32,000 nt of DNA from Sinorhizobium meliloti (lineage in GTDB: Bacteria; Pseudomonadota; Alphaproteobacteria; Rhizobiales; Rhizobiaceae). Shown piece by piece: positions 1 to 8,545 of this stretch (its first letter is position 1; each line of letters begins with the position of its first letter). Under the pieces are notes generated by a model. The model did no database searches, had not been told where the DNA came from, and worked only from the letters and a program-made list of their open reading frames with translations. Location: positions 3,450,001 through 3,482,000 of the forward strand of contig NZ_JAGIOS010000001.1 in NCBI RefSeq assembly GCF_017876815.1, given 5' to 3'. Position numbers and translations under genes: made by a program.

Positions 1-95
1 GCGTTGGCGAACGCCTGGCGGTGAGCAATGCCTACAATCTCGATCGCAAGCAGACCATCCTTTCCTTGCTCGACGATCTCAAAGATGCTCTATAG
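1..95 (+). CDS. 3' end of an unidentified CDS running in from the left edge
   Basis: The frame starting at nt 3 is open to TAG at 93-95 (...VGERLAVSNAYNLDRKQTILSLLDDLKDAL*). It is too short to assign a family. Confidence 0.3.
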   Translation, partial: VGERLAVSNAYNLDRKQTILSLLDDLKDAL

Positions 96-185
96 GGAAT
101 GAGGAAGAGTGTGCGCGGTTTTCCGCGCATCCCGCGCCTCGACTTAATGAAACGATCACTTTCATGATTTTAGGTCGGTACGGGC

Positions 186-527
186 CTAGTCATCACGACT
201 AGGCGCGAATTTCCATTTTCGCTCTATCGCCGCAGCGAGATCGATATCGTTGTGGTGGGCGAAGAGCAGGACATGACCGAGAATATCTGCCGTTTCGTCT
301 GCAAGCGACTGCTGCAGGGCGTCCGGCGGGACCTCCCGATTGCGCCCGCGGCCGGTTGCATTGTTCCATGCCTGCGTCAGTTCCCCCACCTCTTCCTGTA
401 GTTTCAAGATATACCAATCCGGGTCACGTCTGATCGCATGCCTGGCCGCATAGATCGCGGACGCTTCCTCGAATTTTCGTTTGAGTTCGCTGAGCACGCA
501 CGCCTCCCTGGAGCACTTCCAGGACAC
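186..527 (-). CDS. MazG-like nucleotide pyrophosphohydrolase domain protein
   Basis: 113-aa ORF. The pattern LKLQEEVGELTQAW ... LADETADILGHVLLFA ... IERKW resembles the acidic helices of the all-alpha MazG/NTP-PPase fold. Confidence 0.6.
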   Translation of the reverse strand: MSWKCSREACVLSELKRKFEEASAIYAARHAIRRDPDWYILKLQEEVGELTQAWNNATGRGRNREVPPDALQQSLADETADILGHVLLFAHHNDIDLAAAIERKWKFAPSRDD

Positions 528-726
528 GGTCTTCCGTCCCGGAACGCGTAGTGTGAAATGATCTGGTTGTTTTCGTTTTGTTCCCGTTTTCCGCTCCTGT
601 CAACCGGGACCGATTCCCGGCGAGGTCGCGCGACGGAGGGCTTTTTCTTTCCCCGGCAGTTTCCTACCTGAAGCCTATGCGCTAATAGCACCCTTAGTTC
701 CGATCCCGAGGATATCGAAGCCCGCT

Positions 727-2277
727 ATGAGAGATACGTCCCCGTTCTACATCACCACCGCGATTTCCTATCCGAACGGCAAGCCGCATATCGGTCATGC
801 CTATGAACTGATCGCGACGGATGCAATGGCACGCTTCCAGCGGCTCGACGGGCGCGAGGTCTTCTTCCTGACCGGGACGGACGAACATGGGCAGAAGATG
901 CAGCAGACGGCAAAGAAGGAAGGAATTTCGCCGCAGGAGCTTGCCGCCCGCAATTCGGCCGAGTTCCAGAACATGGCGCGGCTGCTCAACGCCTCCAACG
1001 ACGATTTCATCCGCACGACCGAACAGCGCCACCACGAGGCATCGCAGGCGATCTGGATGCGCATGGGCGAGGCGGGCGACCTCTACAAGGATTCCTACGC
1101 CGGTTGGTATTCCGTTCGAGACGAGGCCTACTACCAGGAGAACGAGACGGAGCTGCGCGGCGACGGCGTACGTTACGGACCGCAGGGAACGCCCGTGGAA
1201 TGGGTGGAGGAAGAGAGCTATTTCTTCCGGCTCTCCGCCTACCAGGACAAGCTCCTGAAGCACTATGAGGAAAATCCGGACTTCATCGGCCCGGCGGAAC
1301 GGCGCAACGAGGTCATCTCCTTCGTCAAGTCGGGCCTGAAGGACCTCTCCGTCTCGCGCACCACATTCGACTGGGGGATCAAAGTTCCGAACGATCCCTC
1401 TCATGTCATGTATGTATGGGTCGACGCACTGACCAACTACGTCACGGCCACCGGCTGTCTGACCGACCCGACGGGTCCGCGGGCGAAGTTCTGGCCGGCG
1501 AACATCCACGTCATCGGCAAGGACATCATCCGTTTCCACGCCGTCTATTGGCCGGCATTCCTGATGTCGGCCGGTCTTCCGCTTCCCAAGCGCGTCTTCG
1601 CTCACGGCTTTCTGCTCAACAAGGGCGAGAAGATGTCGAAGTCGCTCGGCAACGTGGTCGATCCGTTCAATCTGGTCGAGCACTTCGGTCTCGATCAGAT
1701 CCGCTATTTCTTCCTTCGCGAAGTCTCGTTCGGCCAGGATGGCAGCTACAGCGAGGAGGGGATCGCGACCCGCATCAATTCCGACCTCGCCAACGGCATC
1801 GGCAATCTCGCCAGCCGTTCCCTGTCGATGATCGTCAAGAATTGCGACGGCCAGGTCCCGCTCTGTGGTCCGCTGACGGACGAGGACAAGGCGATGCTCG
1901 CCGCCGCCGACTCGCTGATCGGCACCGCACGCGAAGAAATGGGCAAACAGCTCATCCATCGCGCACTTGCGGCGATCATCGCTGTCGTGTCCGAGACCGA
2001 CCGCTACTTCGCAGGCCAGGAACCCTGGGCGCTGAAGAAGACCGATCCGAGCCGCATGGCAACCGTGCTCTACGTCACGGCGGAGGTCGTTCGCCAGGTC
2101 GCGATCCTTCTGCAGCCCTTCATGCCGGAATCGGCCGGAAAACTCCTGGATCTCGTCGCCGTCCCGACCGACCGCCGCGATTTTGCGCATCTCGGCGAAG
2201 CCGGGCGCCTCGTCTCCGGAACGCCGCTCGAAGCACCCAAGCCGGTCTTCCCGCGCTATGTCGCGCCGGAAGCCTGA
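727..2277 (+). CDS. metG: methionine--tRNA ligase (short alphaproteobacterial form, 516 aa)
   Basis: Class I aaRS signatures HIGH (KPHIGHAYE) and KMSKS ([10 protein letters not shown]). MetRS-typical blocks [10 protein letters not shown] and [11 protein letters not shown] are also present. Confidence 0.97.
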   Translation: MRDTSPFYITTAISYPNGKPHIGHAYELIATDAMARFQRLDGREVFFLTGTDEHGQKMQQTAKKEGISPQELAARNSAEFQNMARLLNASNDDFIRTTEQRHHEASQAIWMRMGEAGDLYKDSYAGWYSVRDEAYYQENETELRGDGVRYGPQGTPVEWVEEESYFFRLSAYQDKLLKHYEENPDFIGPAERRNEVISFVKSGLKDLSVSRTTFDWGIKVPNDPSHVMYVWVDALTNYVTATGCLTDPTGPRAKFWPANIHVIGKDIIRFHAVYWPAFLMSAGLPLPKRVFAHGFLLNKGEKMSKSLGNVVDPFNLVEHFGLDQIRYFFLREVSFGQDGSYSEEGIATRINSDLANGIGNLASRSLSMIVKNCDGQVPLCGPLTDEDKAMLAAADSLIGTAREEMGKQLIHRALAAIIAVVSETDRYFAGQEPWALKKTDPSRMATVLYVTAEVVRQVAILLQPFMPESAGKLLDLVAVPTDRRDFAHLGEAGRLVSGTPLEAPKPVFPRYVAPEA

Positions 2278-2291
2278 GTGAAGACGAAACC

Positions 2292-3071
2292 ATGCTGATC
2301 GACACCCATTGCCACCTGGATTTTCCGGATTTCGAGGCCGAGCGCGACGCCATCATCGAGCGCGCGCGCGACGCCGGCGTGGGGCAGATGGTCACGATTT
2401 CGACCCGGGTGAAACGATTCGACACGATCCTCGCGATCGCCGAGAGATATCCGAACGTCTTCTGTTCCGTCGGCACGCATCCGCATAATGCCGATGAGGA
2501 ACTGGACGTGACGGCCGACGATCTCGTTCGGCTCTCCGCCCATCCCAAGGTCGTCGCGATCGGCGAGGCGGGGCTGGATTATTTTTACGACAACGCGCCG
2601 CGCGACGCGCAGGCGGTGGGCCTGAGGCGGCATATCGCGGCAGCGCGAACAACCGGACTGCCGCTCGTCATACATAGCAGGTCGGCCGACGACGATATGG
2701 CTGCCATTCTAACCGAGGAATCGGGGAAGGGCGCCTTCCCCTTCCTTCTCCATTGCTTCTCGTCCGGCCCGGATCTCGCCCGGATCGGCGTCGAGCTCGG
2801 CGGCTATGTGTCCTTTTCGGGGATCCTGACTTTCCCTAAATCCGAGGAACTGAGGGACATCGCCAGGACGGTCCCGCGCGATCGGATGATCGTCGAGACG
2901 GACGCGCCCTATTTGGCGCCGAAGCCGTTCCGAGGCAAGCGCAACGAACCGGCCTACGTGGCGCACACGGCCGAGGTGCTGGCGCAAGCCATCGGGGTCT
3001 CCAGGGAGGAGATTGCCGAAATCACGACCGAAAACGCCTTCAGGATCTTCTCGAAGATGCCGAGGCTTTGA
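2292..3071 (+). CDS. tatD: TatD family metal-dependent hydrolase/DNase
   Basis: MLIDTHCHLDF, GEAGLDYFY, VIHSR and ETDAPYL motifs. The ATG at 2292 lies 14 nt after the metG stop. The long upstream part of track ORF 1416..3071 is metG out of frame. Confidence 0.93.
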   Translation: MLIDTHCHLDFPDFEAERDAIIERARDAGVGQMVTISTRVKRFDTILAIAERYPNVFCSVGTHPHNADEELDVTADDLVRLSAHPKVVAIGEAGLDYFYDNAPRDAQAVGLRRHIAAARTTGLPLVIHSRSADDDMAAILTEESGKGAFPFLLHCFSSGPDLARIGVELGGYVSFSGILTFPKSEELRDIARTVPRDRMIVETDAPYLAPKPFRGKRNEPAYVAHTAEVLAQAIGVSREEIAEITTENAFRIFSKMPRL

Positions 3072-3072
3072 A

Positions 3073-3909
3073 ATGGCGTTTCGGCGGGCCTTCACCATTC
3101 TGGGCTGCGGCTCGTCGCCGGGCGTGCCGCGCATCACCGGTGATTGGGGCGCCTGCGATCCGTCGAACCCCCGCAACCGTCGCATGCGGGCGGCCCTGCT
3201 CGTAGAACAGTTTGCGCCGGACGGCGGCAAGACGACCGTCGTGATCGACACCGGCCCGGATTTCCGCGCCCAGATGATCGCGGCGAATGTACGCCACATC
3301 GATGCCGTGCTCTACACCCATGCCCATGCGGACCATCTGCACGGGATCGACGATCTGCGCGGTTTCGTCATCGAAAATCGCAGGCGCGTGCCGATCTGGG
3401 CCGATGCGTTCACGATGGCCCGTATTCGCGACGGCTTCCGCTATTGTCTGGAGTCGCCGCCAGGCAGCGGCTATCCGCCGATCGTCGAGCCCTATGTGAT
3501 TCCCGACGACCTGCCGCCGTTGACCATCCATGGAGCCGGCGGGCCGATCTCGTTCGAGCCGCTGATGCAGTTTCACGGCAACGTCCATTCGCTCGGCTTC
3601 CGCATCGGCGGTTTTGCCTATTGCAGCGACGTCAGCGACTTTCCGGTGGAAACGGTCTCGAAGCTCGGCGGGCTCGATCTGCTCGTCATCGACACGCTGC
3701 AGTACAAGTTTCACCCGAGTCACTTGTCCCTGGTGCAGTCGCTCGTGTGGATCAACCGTCTGCAGCCGAAGCGCGCCGTACTCACGCATATGCATGTGCC
3801 GATGGATTACGAAACCGTATGCGGCGAGACGCCGGATCACGTCGAGCCGGCTTACGACATGATGCGCCTGGAGTTCGATATCGACCGGCCGACGGTGGAT
3901 GACGCATAA
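3073..3909 (+). CDS. MBL-fold metallo-hydrolase (PhnP/GPAT-like family)
   Basis: MAFRRAFTILGCGSSPGVP N-terminus and HxHxDH motif (YTHAHADHLHG). The ATG at 3073 sits 1 nt after the tatD stop (3069-3071), which suggests operon coupling. Confidence 0.85.
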   Translation: MAFRRAFTILGCGSSPGVPRITGDWGACDPSNPRNRRMRAALLVEQFAPDGGKTTVVIDTGPDFRAQMIAANVRHIDAVLYTHAHADHLHGIDDLRGFVIENRRRVPIWADAFTMARIRDGFRYCLESPPGSGYPPIVEPYVIPDDLPPLTIHGAGGPISFEPLMQFHGNVHSLGFRIGGFAYCSDVSDFPVETVSKLGGLDLLVIDTLQYKFHPSHLSLVQSLVWINRLQPKRAVLTHMHVPMDYETVCGETPDHVEPAYDMMRLEFDIDRPTVDDA

Positions 3910-4028
3910 AGTCTCATATCAGCGATTTTCTCTAAGGCACTGATCCGATGCGGCTTACATCGGTTCTAAGTCATGTCGAGATTCATCTTATGACGCCGGT
4001 TGCTGCGAGATGGATGATGACGTTTCTC

Positions 4029-4155
4029 CTCGTCCTCATCTCTGTGCTTGTCACAGAGATGAGAGCAGCGCCGCGTCTGCGGTGCGGGAAGAGTTCTTTC
4101 AGCCCAAGGACTTGGTCTGGCTGGATCCCTGTGACAAGCACAAGGGATGAGGAGA
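4029..4155. repeat. Rhizobial intergenic palindromic mosaic element (RIME/Sm-repeat-like)
   Basis: 12-bp perfect stem ctcatctctgtg/cacagagatgag at 4036-4047/4053-4064. A second, inverted and imperfect copy of the same ~30-bp unit lies at 4126-4155 (atccctgtgacaagcacaagggatgaggag). Further small palindromes lie between them. Confidence 0.6.
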
Positions 4156-4225
4156 TCAAACAAGCCGCGGCGGGTATCCCGAATCTCGACAGGCCTTAGT
4201 TCCATAATCTATCTTATGTGATCCG

Positions 4226-4730
4226 CTTGTGTAGCCGGGGTACATTCTATTTCCAAGTGCGACATGCCAATAAAAACAAAGGCTTCGCCTTGGAGATTTT
4301 TGGATGCCGCTCTGCTATTCGCAGCTCACCCTTTCCGATCGCCGACGTTTGCATCAGCTCGTGGAACGCAAAGTTCCTGTCGGTGAGATCGCCCGTCAAC
4401 TCGGTCGGCATCGATCGACGATCTATCGTGAACTGAAGCGCAATACCTTTCATGATGCCGAGTTTCCGGAATACAGCGGCTATTACAGCGGTATCGCCAA
4501 CGACATTTCCAAGGAGCGTCGGCGACGGCTGCGCAAGCTCAGCCGCCACCCGCAATTGCGCGAACTGGTCATCGAGCAGCTGAAGGCACTTTGGTCGCCG
4601 GAGCAGATCGCCGGCCGTCTGCTTGCCGACGGTGTGAGCGCCGTCCGCGTCTGCACCGAGACGATCTATCGCTTCATCTATGGCAAGGAAGATTGTGCGC
4701 TGGAGCTTTTTTGAGGCTCTTGGCAGTCGG
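4226..4730 (+). mobile_element. Truncated IS30-family insertion sequence (left end plus 5' third of the transposase gene)
   Basis: About 78 bp of leader (cttgtgtagccggggtacattctat...) precede the transposase start at 4304. A diverged second copy of this leader occurs at 5451-5521. The element is cut off where the convergent ORF 4731-5183 begins. Confidence 0.7.
4304..4714 (+). pseudogene. IS30-family transposase, N-terminal fragment (136 aa, no DDE domain)
   Basis: HTH block GEIARQLGRHRSTIYRELKRN and IS30-type WSPEQIAGRL...TETIYRFIY block. The ORF stops just after a T6 run (4706-4711). Full-length family members are roughly 320-400 aa and carry a DDE domain that is absent here. Confidence 0.8.
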
Positions 4731-5183
4731 TCAGGACGGGACCCAGTAAGTCCCGCTGGTCTTGTCGTTGACAATCCCGTCGACTATGCGGGCGAGGCCT
4801 TCTAGCAGTATCCTGACTTGTGGATTTGCTGGATCAAACCCTGTCCATCCCGCCAATACGAATATCCCCTGATCGGTAGTTGTCGCCGACTCGTCGTCAG
4901 CGTCCCCGAATGCTAAACGTGCATCGCAGATGGAAAGCTTGGCTCTTACCTCCAAAGGCGCAAGATGTGAAAATTCCTCTGCTTCTTCAATCACCCACTC
5001 TTCGTCTTCCAACTGCACAAGGAACATGACGGGGCTGGTTACCTGCAACTGCGGGACCACAACGTCCCCTAAGCGCCACTCTGTTTCTTTTACCTCTGCA
5101 CCCATCTCTTGCAGATATTCGTTCACCTGCAAGAGCGTAAGTGGCGTAGCGGACATCTGAAACCATATAGCAGCTGCTTGCAT
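4731..5183 (-). CDS. hypothetical protein, small and strongly acidic (150 aa)
   Basis: Uninterrupted ORF in an AT-rich region with a GAGGG Shine-Dalgarno ~8 nt upstream of the ATG at 5183. I recognise no family motif. My count is ~25 D/E against ~8 K/R. Confidence 0.5.
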   Translation of the reverse strand: MQAAAIWFQMSATPLTLLQVNEYLQEMGAEVKETEWRLGDVVVPQLQVTSPVMFLVQLEDEEWVIEEAEEFSHLAPLEVRAKLSICDARLAFGDADDESATTTDQGIFVLAGWTGFDPANPQVRILLEGLARIVDGIVNDKTSGTYWVPS

Positions 5184-5314
5184 AAGCTAACCCTCGGCGC
5201 GTTGTCTTCCTGCCTAGGAAAAAGACCACAGCCCGGCTATGACCGCAATGTCTGCAAACCGGAAGTGCTGCACGGTCGCTTGCGATCGAGGAAGCTGAAG
5301 CCGAAAGGGCACTT

Positions 5315-5359
5315 CCTCACCCGCCCCCTCCCTTCCCTTGCAACCCCGACCAGCCGGGG
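5315..5359. repeat. ~42-bp repeat, copy 1 (cctcacccg...ccttgcaa.cc.gaccagcc)
   Basis: By-eye alignment to 6342-6380 gives roughly 80% identity. Confidence 0.5.
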
Positions 5360-5450
5360 AGTTTTGGGAGCTAGACCATGGCGCCCGTCGTGACACCGTT
5401 GTCGCATTCCTATTCGGCTGGAATGTCTATTCTCTATGTTGCTTTAACAG

Positions 5451-5521
5451 CTCGTGTACCCCCGTACATTCTATCTTCGAGTGTGACATCGCAATGAAAA
5501 CAATGGCTTGCGTTGAATGTC
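5451..5521 (+). mobile_element. Second, diverged copy of the IS30-family left end/leader (solo remnant, no transposase)
   Basis: ctcgtgtacccccgtacattctatcttcgagtgtgacatcgcaatgaaaacaatggctt aligns with 4226-4290 at ~75-80% identity by eye. Homology stops exactly at the stop codon of ORF 5522-6280. Confidence 0.55.
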
Positions 5522-6280
5522 TCAAGAGACGGTAATCTCGGCTTGGGTGTCGGATTCCAACTCTAAGCAGGCCGCCCATAGAGGTGTTTTGTAATAGGTA
5601 CCGTCCTGCAGAAATCTTAGCCCTTCGCGCTCTTCCCGCAGCAATCCCAGCCAGCACAGGGGCCGCATGATGTCGTGGCGGAACTCCGCTCTGACCATTG
5701 AAGCTTGCGTCACTGAGTCCGACTCGCTCGGGTATAACTCGTTCACCAGGTCATCCAGCGAACAGCCCTTTCTCGCCTTGATATTGATAAGATTGAGAAA
5801 GACGTGCCACCACCGCATCCGCTCCCGCACATCGTCCTGTGCCTGCCCGTAGTCGATATAGGCATAAAGATAGTCTGTCGCGATCTGATCGAAGAAGGTG
5901 TGGGGTCTTGCGAGAAAGTCCCGACCGCGTTTGGTGGGAAGCAGTCGGTCTTTGTTTCGCCGCACAAGCCTCAGATGCTTGAGCATGTCGCGGACCACCC
6001 AAAGCGGCGGCATATCAGCTTCGTTCAGAACCTTGCTGATGCTGTACAGATCCTCCGACGTGTAGTCGGGCCAATCGAAGTGAACGGCGGCCCAGTGCAC
6101 GAATTTGCGGTTCATCGCACCAGACGCAGTCAGGCCGATGCCTCCTTCGGTGTCGGCATAGGATACGGCCATGACCATGCCGCGAACCAGTGGTGACATG
6201 GCCACTACATCGACGTCGGCAACGAGCTCAATTTCTGGAAGCATTGCGCGCTCCTGGCGTATCCGGTGGTATGAATTCAT
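5522..6280 (-). CDS. hypothetical protein (252 aa; 240 aa if it starts at ATG 6244)
   Basis: Long ORF in an AT-rich region. A strong AGGAG lies 6 nt before the internal ATG at 6244, and a weaker GGGAGA lies before the ATG at 6280. I recognise no family motif. Confidence 0.55.
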   Translation of the reverse strand: MNSYHRIRQERAMLPEIELVADVDVVAMSPLVRGMVMAVSYADTEGGIGLTASGAMNRKFVHWAAVHFDWPDYTSEDLYSISKVLNEADMPPLWVVRDMLKHLRLVRRNKDRLLPTKRGRDFLARPHTFFDQIATDYLYAYIDYGQAQDDVRERMRWWHVFLNLINIKARKGCSLDDLVNELYPSESDSVTQASMVRAEFRHDIMRPLCWLGLLREEREGLRFLQDGTYYKTPLWAACLELESDTQAEITVS

Positions 6281-6341
6281 CCGGAACCATCTCCCAAGAG
6301 CGAGGTGATTGAAACTCCAAAATGCTAAGCATTGGATGGCC

Positions 6342-6380
6342 CCTCACCCGACCCACCTGACCTTGCAAGCCGGACCAGCC
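6342..6380. repeat. ~42-bp repeat, copy 2, followed by an IS-end-like cgtcacattcta
   Basis: It aligns with 5315-5359. The adjoining 6381-6397 resembles the gtacattctat core of the IS30-like ends at 4240 and 5464. Confidence 0.45.
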
Positions 6381-6481
6381 CGTCACATTCTACATGGGCC
6401 AGATAGAACTGCGACAAGCCGCGTCGCTCGTGGCGCTGGTCAACGTCAACGCTGGACCGCTTGATTTGAAGGAGACGCAGT

Positions 6482-6874
6482 ATGGATCGATTCCCAGGCG
6501 GTTGCCTGTGCGGCAACGTGCGATTTGTGGCGACGGGCCGACCATACCGGGTAGGCCTCTGCCATTGTCTCGACTGCCGCAAGCATCACGGGGCCCTTTT
6601 CCATGCGTCCGCCATTTTCCCTGAGAACTCTGTGACGATCGATGGCGAGACGCGCGATTACGCCGGTCGGCATTTCTGCCCCCGCTGCGGCTCGACCGTC
6701 TTCGCACGCAGCGGAGACGAAATCGAAGTGAACCTCGGATCCTTGGACGCCCCTGATCAATTGATGCCGACCTACGAAAGCTGGACCGTCCGCCGCGAAT
6801 CCTGGCTGCCGCAGTTTCCCCTCAAGAGACGATACGAGCGGGACCGTGACGAAACGAGTCGCTTCGAGGAATAG
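6482..6874 (+). CDS. GFA (glutathione-dependent formaldehyde-activating/CENP-V) family protein
   Basis: Zinc-cysteine pattern GGCLCGNVRF ... CHCLDCRKHHG ... FCPRCGSTVF is typical of the GFA family. Confidence 0.85.
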   Translation: MDRFPGGCLCGNVRFVATGRPYRVGLCHCLDCRKHHGALFHASAIFPENSVTIDGETRDYAGRHFCPRCGSTVFARSGDEIEVNLGSLDAPDQLMPTYESWTVRRESWLPQFPLKRRYERDRDETSRFEE

Positions 6875-6901
6875 GCCGCACGAACGAACGATCGATTCGC
6901 G

Positions 6902-8419
6902 TCACTCCGGAAGGCCCGCCTTACGGTAGCCGTCGACAAAATGCGCAAGCGTCGCAGCGTCGCGGAACGGCTCCGTATCCGCCCAGTGGCGGGTTGTAAA
7001 ATGCGGGTTGCCGACGAGGAACAGTTCGACCTCCGCGCGCGCCTCGTCGAGCCGGCCCAGTTGGGCAAGGCTTGCCGCCAGGAAACGTCGCGAGCTGGTG
7101 CGATAAGTCTCGTCCCGGCGCAGTGTCTCGACGGCGGCTTCGTATTCGCCGGCGGCATATTGCGCCTGGCCGAGCGTCAGATAGTACCAGCTTGCCGGAA
7201 ACGGGTTCAGCCGGAACGCCTTGCGGATGTGCTCAACGCCCTCCTCCACCCGCCCGGCCAGGACCGCGATGTCGGATAACGTCGCCCAGGTATCGGCCTC
7301 GTTCGGATCGAGCTCGATCGCCTTGGCGAATTCCGCATCCGCCTCGGCGAAGCTGCGCTCATAGGCAAGCAGGTTGGCCAGCACCCAGCGGCAACCGGCA
7401 TCGTTGGGATCGATCGCCACGGCTTTGCGCGCCAGCTCCAAAGCAACGCTACGGTTGGGTTCGACCGGTTCGCCCCAATGCACCCATCTCATCCAGTGGT
7501 TCATGGCGAGCCAGCGATAGGCCTCGGCGTATTCCGGATCGAGCGAAACCGCGCGCGTGAGCATCAGATGCGCTTCCCGCGCCGTCTGAGGCGAATCATC
7601 GATCAGCTTGCGCGCCCGCACGCAGAGATCGTAGGCCTCGAGATTTTTGGGGCGGTTGCGCGGCGCCTGTGGGCGCAGCCGGCCGAGCAACGCCTCCACG
7701 ATCTTGCCGGTGACCTCGTCCTGAACGGCAAAGATATCTTCGAGGCTGCGATCGAAGCGTTCCGCCCATAGATGATTGCCACTCACCGCATCGACCAGCT
7801 GCGCGTTGATGCGCACCCGCCCCGCAGCGCGTCGTGCGCTACCCTCCAGCAGATAGCGCACGCCAAGGTCCTCAGCGATCTCGCGCACGTCCCTCGCCTT
7901 TCCTTTAAAGGCAAAGGTCGAATTGCGCGCGATGACGAACAGGCCGTAGATCCTGGACAGGTCGGTGATCAGGTCTTCGGTCAACCCGTCCGCAAAGGAT
8001 TCCTGCTCCGGATCGCTGCTGAAATTAACGAAAGGCAACACGGCTATGGACGGTTCGTCCGGCAGCGGCAGTGGATTTCGCTTCGCGCCACCGGCCTTTT
8101 CGACAGGCCCCGTGAAGCGGTAGCCGACCCGCGGAATCGTGGCGATCCATTCGCCGCCGTCGGGGGGCGCACCAAGCATCTTCCGCAGTTGCGCGATCTG
8201 GACGGTGAGGTTGCCTTCCTCCACCGCCCTGCCCGACCACGCCGCATCCATCAGCTCGGCTTTTCCCAGGATCTCACCAGGCCGTCCGACGAGCGCCTCA
8301 AGCAGCTTCAGCCCGCGATAGCCGACGGCAACGGGCTCATCGTTCCGAACGAGCGTTCCCGCACCCGGATCAAGGACGAACGGACCAAAGACGAAGCGCG
8401 ATCCCTGCATAGGGCGCAT
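6902..8419 (-). CDS. winged-helix (OmpR/PhoB-type) DNA-binding protein with TolB-N-like module and C-terminal TPR repeats
   Basis: N-terminal FGPFVLD...LTVQIAQLRKMLG...IPRVGYRF wHTH. Central PSIAVLPFVNFS...FADGLTEDLITDLSR...NAQLVDA module. C-terminal TPR-like repeats (AIDPNDAG, AIELDPNEADTW, YYLTLGQAQY). Confidence 0.85.
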   Translation of the reverse strand: MRPMQGSRFVFGPFVLDPGAGTLVRNDEPVAVGYRGLKLLEALVGRPGEILGKAELMDAAWSGRAVEEGNLTVQIAQLRKMLGAPPDGGEWIATIPRVGYRFTGPVEKAGGAKRNPLPLPDEPSIAVLPFVNFSSDPEQESFADGLTEDLITDLSRIYGLFVIARNSTFAFKGKARDVREIAEDLGVRYLLEGSARRAAGRVRINAQLVDAVSGNHLWAERFDRSLEDIFAVQDEVTGKIVEALLGRLRPQAPRNRPKNLEAYDLCVRARKLIDDSPQTAREAHLMLTRAVSLDPEYAEAYRWLAMNHWMRWVHWGEPVEPNRSVALELARKAVAIDPNDAGCRWVLANLLAYERSFAEADAEFAKAIELDPNEADTWATLSDIAVLAGRVEEGVEHIRKAFRLNPFPASWYYLTLGQAQYAAGEYEAAVETLRRDETYRTSSRRFLAASLAQLGRLDEARAEVELFLVGNPHFTTRHWADTEPFRDAATLAHFVDGYRKAGLPE

Positions 8420-8545
8420 CTATAGTCCGTTTGGAAATTTTTGAGAACTTTTTGGAAGAGCTTAATTACCACGCTGTTCGCATCACGCAGAATTCATCCT
8501 CTTTCGGGTCGAGGGCTCTGCCCCTCAAACCGTGTGGAGGTTACC

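Noticed and set aside
100-175. gtgtgcgcggttttccgcgcatcccgcgc...aatgaaacgatcactttcatgattttag: small palindromes reminiscent of a common rhizobial intergenic repeat
   Set aside because: Only one copy lies in the window, and my recollection of the repeat family consensus is imprecise. I cannot support it as a feature without a genome-wide search.
185-203. 7-bp stem hairpin cctagtc-atcac-gactagg
   Set aside because: It overlaps the last codons and the stop of the MazG-like gene, so it is not placed like a terminator. It is probably fortuitous.
694-2190. 498-aa ORF on the - strand
   Set aside because: It lies entirely antisense to metG, whose HIGH/KMSKS motifs make the + strand frame unambiguous. 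The Arg/Gly/Asp-rich composition is typical of GC-rich shadow frames.
3948-4205. 83-aa (+) and 79-aa (-) ORFs
   Set aside because: Both lie over the palindromic RIME-like repeat. Open frames on both strands are a by-product of the inverted-repeat symmetry.
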